The notes beneath the pieces are model-generated. The model did no database searches. It was not told the DNA's origin and saw nothing but the letters and a program-made list of their open reading frames with translations. DNA of 64,000 bases from Amphiscolops sp. MND2022 (lineage: Eukaryota): positions 48,794,001 through 48,858,000 of the forward strand of contig OZ076415.1 of NCBI GenBank assembly GCA_964187785.1. Reading direction: 5' to 3'. The position numbers were made by a program, and so were the translations under genes. Of this stretch, positions 58,462 through 64,000 are shown one piece after another; position 1 is the stretch's first letter, and every line of letters starts with the position of its first letter.

Positions 58462-60774
58462 TTACACCAACTTCTTGGCAATGAAGAACTTCTTGAGATG
58501 TTGCACTTGCCAGAACCCGAGGCCAACGAGAATCACAAGCTGGAAAATAGCCCAAACCAGGACTCTTTGGCTGGTAGACTCGCTGGTATCTCGGAATCGC
58601 TTTTCTCGTTGCTGAAAACATGTTGAAACATGATAAACATGGAATGCACACATACCGCAACGCATGAAGATCAGTCACGCTGAACAAAGAGATATTATGA
58701 ACTTGAATTTCTTCAACTCACTCTTAGCTAAACTATGTTGCTTTCATGAGTGCATCTCGTGAGGTTGGGTAATTTATATATGGCAAGAGAAAATATACGA
58801 GTCAGCGTTCCTGCTTTACAAGAGCTTCTTGAACCAGGTCAGCTGGAGTCGAAACACGTCACAGGTAAAATAATGGAAAATTTTTTCTAATAATGGCATA
58901 CAGTTCCCTTTCAATCATCATACTTTGGTGTCAATGAATTGCTTTTCTTTCAATGTTTTTCATAGCGATATCTAGAATAATTCAATTTTAATCATGATTT
59001 TTTTTACGAACGTGGAGTTGAATGACCAAGAGTTTTGAGCGAGCTTCGTTGAAATGCTACTATGGCAACATTATATACTTACTCGCTGGTAATTTTGTTC
59101 CTTGTAGATTTGAGACACCTGGTCGTTGAGTTGTCTGAGGCGCAGTTGTAGTTCCGACAGTTTGTCCTTAGAGGCAATCTCCTTGTAGTTGTTAGCATGT
59201 TCGCCCACTTGGATGTCCAAATACACTCGCTGAAACAGCACAAAATTCTTCACTCGATCTTTAGCACAAACAACAGTTCGCCTTGATCGAAATCTTGAAG
59301 TCGTTCACACCGAAAAACACTACCATGGCAACTCCCCGAATGGTAGTTCTATAATTCTCAAAGTACTGAATGGTAGTTCTAAAAAACCTCAAGTCCTAAA
59401 ATTGAAACAAAAATGTTCACATATTGGGAATACACTAAAACAATGCGTCGACGGAATACTTACTCGTTCATAGTTGTTCGTTTCTAATGTTCCCAGAATT
59501 GTCACGTTGGAGAATAGTGTAAAGTCTATAAAATTTGAATCGACTACAGAATTTTTTGTAACGACTAACAGCTTTAGGAATATCTTCGTTTCATTAGACT
59601 TTGAAAGTTACCATTTTTTGCTGGTGTCCCCAGCTTTGATTGCTAGTGAAAAATAGCCGAAAACTTTAGCAAGGAACACGCGAGAATTAAAAGGATGGTT
59701 TCTCTGTCTATTACAACTACTAGCATACTTTTACAGATCTCACCATTTTAGCTCCACCGAACCATTTGCTGGTATTAGAGTAGAGGCAGATTACATGTTC
59801 GCCGCCTGCGTGTGATATGAATGTGAACTGGCCCTGTGCTTGATAGGTCCTGCTAAGAACCATCTTGTCATCAGGGTCTCGTACATCTACGTGCATTCCG
59901 ATGCCAGGGGCGGGTGGCAGGAAATCACCTGTTTTCTTGTCTTCTATCATCGTCTTGTAGTTACCTAAACAGCAAACCAATGTTACTCATAAACTGCGGA
60001 AAAATTAGTTTCATCAGGATAACAAACAGGATCGACAAATAGATGATCTACCATCTTCTTATGAATAGATAATCTACCATCTTCTTATGAATAGATAATC
60101 TACCATCTTCTTATGAGGTATTGAGCTGCCAAAAGTGGTCAAAAGATGGAGAAAAATTTCAGCGAATTGTAAGATTCAAGAAGTACTTCCAGGGCTGGTC
60201 GAAAAACTCCCCATAAGAATTGCAAACAGAAAATGTCACTGGCAACATCTGAATTTTGAACACCAAGTTTGTAATTTGAATTAGGGAGAATAAGTGACTT
60301 CGGCATTCAGGGCTATATTTTCAAGAAATTGTAAAGCAACTTTTGGCAAACTAATAATTCTTGATAACAATCGGTACATAACAGCATTCTACAGTAGTGG
60401 TAATGGAAAAGGTCAAACACCAAGTTTAAACATTTTTAGACGCACAATAGAAAATACTGGTTTCAAAATCACCCCAGTTCAAGCCGAAATTTCAAACTAA
60501 TACTTTTATATGATCAACTAATGCCCAGACTATTATTGTTGACTAGACTTCTATTTTCCAGATTTATGGCAATTTTACGGAGAATCAAGAGCAGACGACA
60601 ATGATTGCACTAACCTTTAAGCAAAGTTTCTTCAGGCACTTCTTCGATGAAACACTTTCTCTCCGTCTCAGAAATGTGGAAGTACAGTCCATTGCATGCT
60701 AGGGGAGCTAAGAGGACCAACAGGAAGGCTAAACACTCAATCCTGGCGGAGAGATTCATCACACAAGCTAACAT
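58462..60774 (-). CDS. TMED9: p24-alpha (gp25L) transmembrane emp24 domain protein, TMED9/TMED4-like, 4 exons, 225 aa
   Basis: Exons 60774-60615, 59964-59744, 59229-59083, 58611-58462, all GT-AG and in phase. Signal peptide, GOLD domain ([29 protein letters not shown]), coiled coil ([11 protein letters not shown]), TM helix and C-terminal FF..KKLV. Orthology between TMED9 and TMED4 cannot be resolved. Confidence 0.93.
60039..60116 (+). repeat. 26-bp tandem repeat x3 in TMED intron 1
   Basis: atagataatctaccatcttcttatga repeated three times (first copy has one mismatch). Confidence 0.9.
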
Positions 60775-62681
60775 TCTCAAACCTGAAAAGAACCCGAAAT
60801 CAAGACCAATTGGAATCGAATGTTCATAAAATGAACCTAACCATTTCTGAGGAAAAAACCACAGCATTGATGAAAACCGAAATATTTTCTGTTCCAGGGA
60901 TTCCACGATGATGATTATAATTCTCAAATCAGAGTTGGATAGTAAAAGACACTGTGGTATTTAGAACTTATATCAACTTTGAACTTTTTGAAATTAGAAT
61001 TCCTATCCTTCAACAACACGTTTGTAGCAACCAGATAACGAGGAAAAACGGAATTATCAACTAAGATTGTATTGATAAGATCTAAAAAGCAAATTGATAC
61101 CGGAGTTGCAAAAATAAATTGCACACGAATAATGGAGAGTGAGAGCCTAGCAGCGAATTCATGACCAAATGGATGATACACAAGAATAACATGAAACTTG
61201 CATAACTTTTTTAGCATCTTGACTGGTATTTGCAAGGTTTTGGCGCTTTTTGCATGGTATTTTAGGTGATTTACAAAGTTTGGTCTCGCCTTGCTTTCAT
61301 TTAAGAACGGCCCAATTTTTTCTTTTGAGCCAAGGAACCGCCAATAATTTTTGATGCCATGAGCCCTTGGCTTTTCGGCACTGAGATTCTTCAGAACTTT
61401 CCGCCCATAACTCCATAGATACTTTCACTGATAGAAAATTTTGCACATTCTGCATACTCTTGTAGATCAAAAAGCATTCCCCGTGCAAAGAATACAAAGC
61501 TTGCAAGATCTCGCAAGGAAATTTTTCCATACAAGATGTAAGAAAATTTATTTTTTGGAAGATTTTTGCAAGCACCCATAAATTGTTTCAATGTAGGTCT
61601 GTTGTCACCTATTGCGTGAAAATTCATTTTCAACCCATTGAAAAATAGGGAGTGTCTCAACAGTATCTCATCATGCATTGCATCAAATTCACCAAGTTGA
61701 AGTTTGGTCGGTAAGCTAGACTACCAGTTTTGGAAAAAAATGAATTTGCAAAACTGATCGGCTTACAAAGGCGACTTATCAACTTTTTTTGTTTCTATCA
61801 CAATTAGGGAAAGCAGAGCAATTGAAACTTCCAAGAGATTTGAACTAGAAATAAATGCAAAGGCCCTTTGGTTGGAGTTTGATGAGCTTCGGTTAGAAAA
61901 AAAGCTCCGAAGAATGTATTTTTCCAAACCATGGTGAAATGGGGCAGTGACTTGGGTCGTTCCCAGCTTCATATAATTATATGGTAAAATACTTCAAGCG
62001 CTATCATGAGCTTTTTTGAAAACGGTTGATTCAATTCATTCAACAGGGACCATTAGCCGGAAGTAATTTGTTTAGACTAGAACAAAAACTTCAGAATAGG
62101 ATTTAAAGGGATAGTTTCACAAAAGCGATTAGCATGTTTCATGTTATTCGAGCAATGAATTAACTGAACTAACAACTGCGCCAATGACCCGAGTTGAGAA
62201 AGAGCAGCACCAGAAATTTTGAGTTGTGAAAAACCCGTGGAAACAGTGTGAACAAAGTATGCTTCAAACCCAAGGCCACCGAAATATATTGCTTCATATA
62301 TACATATACAATGAAAGCTATCCACGTACCAGTTTACGTTACTATGCAACCAACGCAAAGCATTAACATCAAGAGGAACTTAGAATTCATCTTCCATCGC
62401 AGAGAAATGGTTCAATTAGAGAATTTGAAATGTTTTACTGATTCAAAAAACCCACGACACACGATGTCGTTTCTGGTTCTTTCCATGTGTAGGAGTCTTA
62501 ATAGTTATCAATAAAGTATTTTAACTATAAGTTATCAATTTCAGATGACTCATCCGAGAAGCTGCTTCTATCCTTCAGCGGAAATGACAAGCAACTTGTC
62601 CATGGAGTCAGTTCAGGACCTTTTGAGTATTAAAGGTACCTAAAACAGCCGAATTTGAACATGAACTGCTCTACATCTATT

Positions 62682-63200
62682 TTTTAGTCGGCGCTTTTTT
62701 TAAATAAGAAAAGAGTCTACTATAGCCGTGGCTTTTCGTCACTGTTTTTTTTCGATACACCTAAGTGGCCAAAATAAATCTACCAAAACTCCTAAAAAAT
62801 TTAGAGGAAGGCCCCAAATTGTACCTGTTGGCATAGGGACTGAACCAAAAAGTTTTTTTTCTTTCCGCGTAACATACAAAACCGGGTGAGACTAAAGGGT
62901 CTCGTTTCAGTTTTTTCGGCATGGTGAGACTTTTTCAAAAAAATCCCCAAAAGGGTCCCCTTCATTTTTTTTGGAGTTTTGCGAAAGAATGGATGCTGAA
63001 AAATCCCAAAAGGCCCCCCTCGTTTTTTTGGCATTGTGAGACTTTTCAAAACAATTTCTGACTAAAGGGTCCTCCCTTCAATTTTTTTGATGATGCGACA
63101 GAATGGATGAAAAATCTCAAAGCTTCCCCCTGGCGCGCCAAGTCGGTCCATTTTTTGGGTTTTTCGGGTACTGTAGAAGAGAATACTTTGAAGTCCTTTC
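62682..63200 (-). repeat. HINE-like repeat copy, truncated by LINE copy 3
   Basis: Begins ttttagtcggcgctt and contains aagggtcccctt units. Breaks off at tttgaagtcctttcgctatt where the RT fragment starts. Confidence 0.65.
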
Positions 63201-63202
63201 GC

Positions 63203-64000
63203 TATTATTAAATACTTGGACATCGTATACCAATCGCTAGATGAGAACAAAGAAGTAACAGTCGTCTACACAGATTTTGAAAAGGCCTTCGACAGGGTCG
63301 ACCATGGAATACTATTGAAAAAGCTTTACTGCACTGGGATAAGAGGAAAACTCTTCAAATTAATGAAGTCGTATATCCTTGGTCGACAACAACAAGTCAG
63401 GGTAAATGACAGCCTATCTAAACCCATCAAAGCATCTAGTGGCGTGCCCCAAGGAGCAATCTTGGCGTCTTTATTATTTTTGATATACATCAATGATTTG
63501 CCAGATGAATGCAGATTCAGCATCCCTCTATTGGCAGCCGACGATTCCAAATTCATAGGAATGGAATTGAACAGCAACGATTTTCAAGCAGATATGAACA
63601 ATATATACAATTGGAGTGAGGTAAACTGTCAGCCTTTTAATGTCAAGAAATGTGCAGCAATAACATTTGGGAGAAGCACGTACAATCATAATCTCATGTT
63701 TAATGGTGATACAATTCCAACAGCAAACCAACAAAAGGACCTTGGAATACTTATCACGGAGAATTTAAATTGGAATGGGCACATAACTACCGCAATTGGA
63801 AAGGCTCGGAAAGTATACCAAATTGTTCGACGAAACTCGCCAATACTCACCACCATAGCGAAGCTTAATTTATACAAAAGTATGATGTTGCCTATTTTAC
63901 TCTATGGGTCCCATTGTTTGGCCGCCAATGTCACCCAAGCACGAAAACTTGAGCATTTCCAGACATCAGTTGTCAAATGGATTCTTCCTGAAGAAAACTA
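63203..64000 (+). mobile_element. 5'-truncated CR1-like LINE, RT fragment running off the right edge
   Basis: Reads ...VYTDFEKAFDRVDHGILL...SGVPQGAILASLLFLIYINDLP...AADDSK...KDLGILIT. Confidence 0.88.

Noticed and set aside
60900-62400. Protein-coding gene in the short ORFs upstream of TMED
   Set aside because: The ORFs are fragmented with no recognisable motifs or consistent splice pattern; this may be decayed transposon sequence.

Overview
AT-rich, repeat-dense eukaryotic (animal-type) genomic DNA with GT-AG introns. It is not prokaryotic. The repeat landscape reminds me of marine invertebrate/acoel assemblies, but I cannot verify that. Host genes: a minus-strand EF-hand + WD40 gene (8 exons, 25762 to 875, running off the left edge), a 4-exon p24-alpha/TMED9-type gene (60774 to 58462), and an intronless 413-aa type II membrane, glycosyltransferase-like ORF nested in a 10-kb intron (horizontal-transfer candidate). 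Mobile DNA: two full-length CR1/L2-group LINEs plus a truncated third, a decayed Ty3/Gypsy element with both LTRs and a 5-bp TSD, a second LTR remnant, many copies of a Helentron/HINE-like non-autonomous repeat, and MITEs. The main feature is a complete 14,047-bp Maverick/Polinton (adintovirus-like endogenous virus) at 39782-53828, with AGTAGT...ACTACT ends, ~188-bp TIRs and a 6-bp GGTGGA TSD. It encodes pPolB, integrase, packaging ATPase, adenain protease, major and minor capsid and core proteins. Unusual points: pPolB appears split by three short phase-1 spliceosomal introns that add a hidden acidic C-terminal tail; the integrase has an N-terminal PHD-like finger and no chromodomain; and the right end carries a parvovirus-like PLA2 ORF next to an ORF with a HUH-like motif. 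All family assignments come from motif recognition by eye; no database searches were run.
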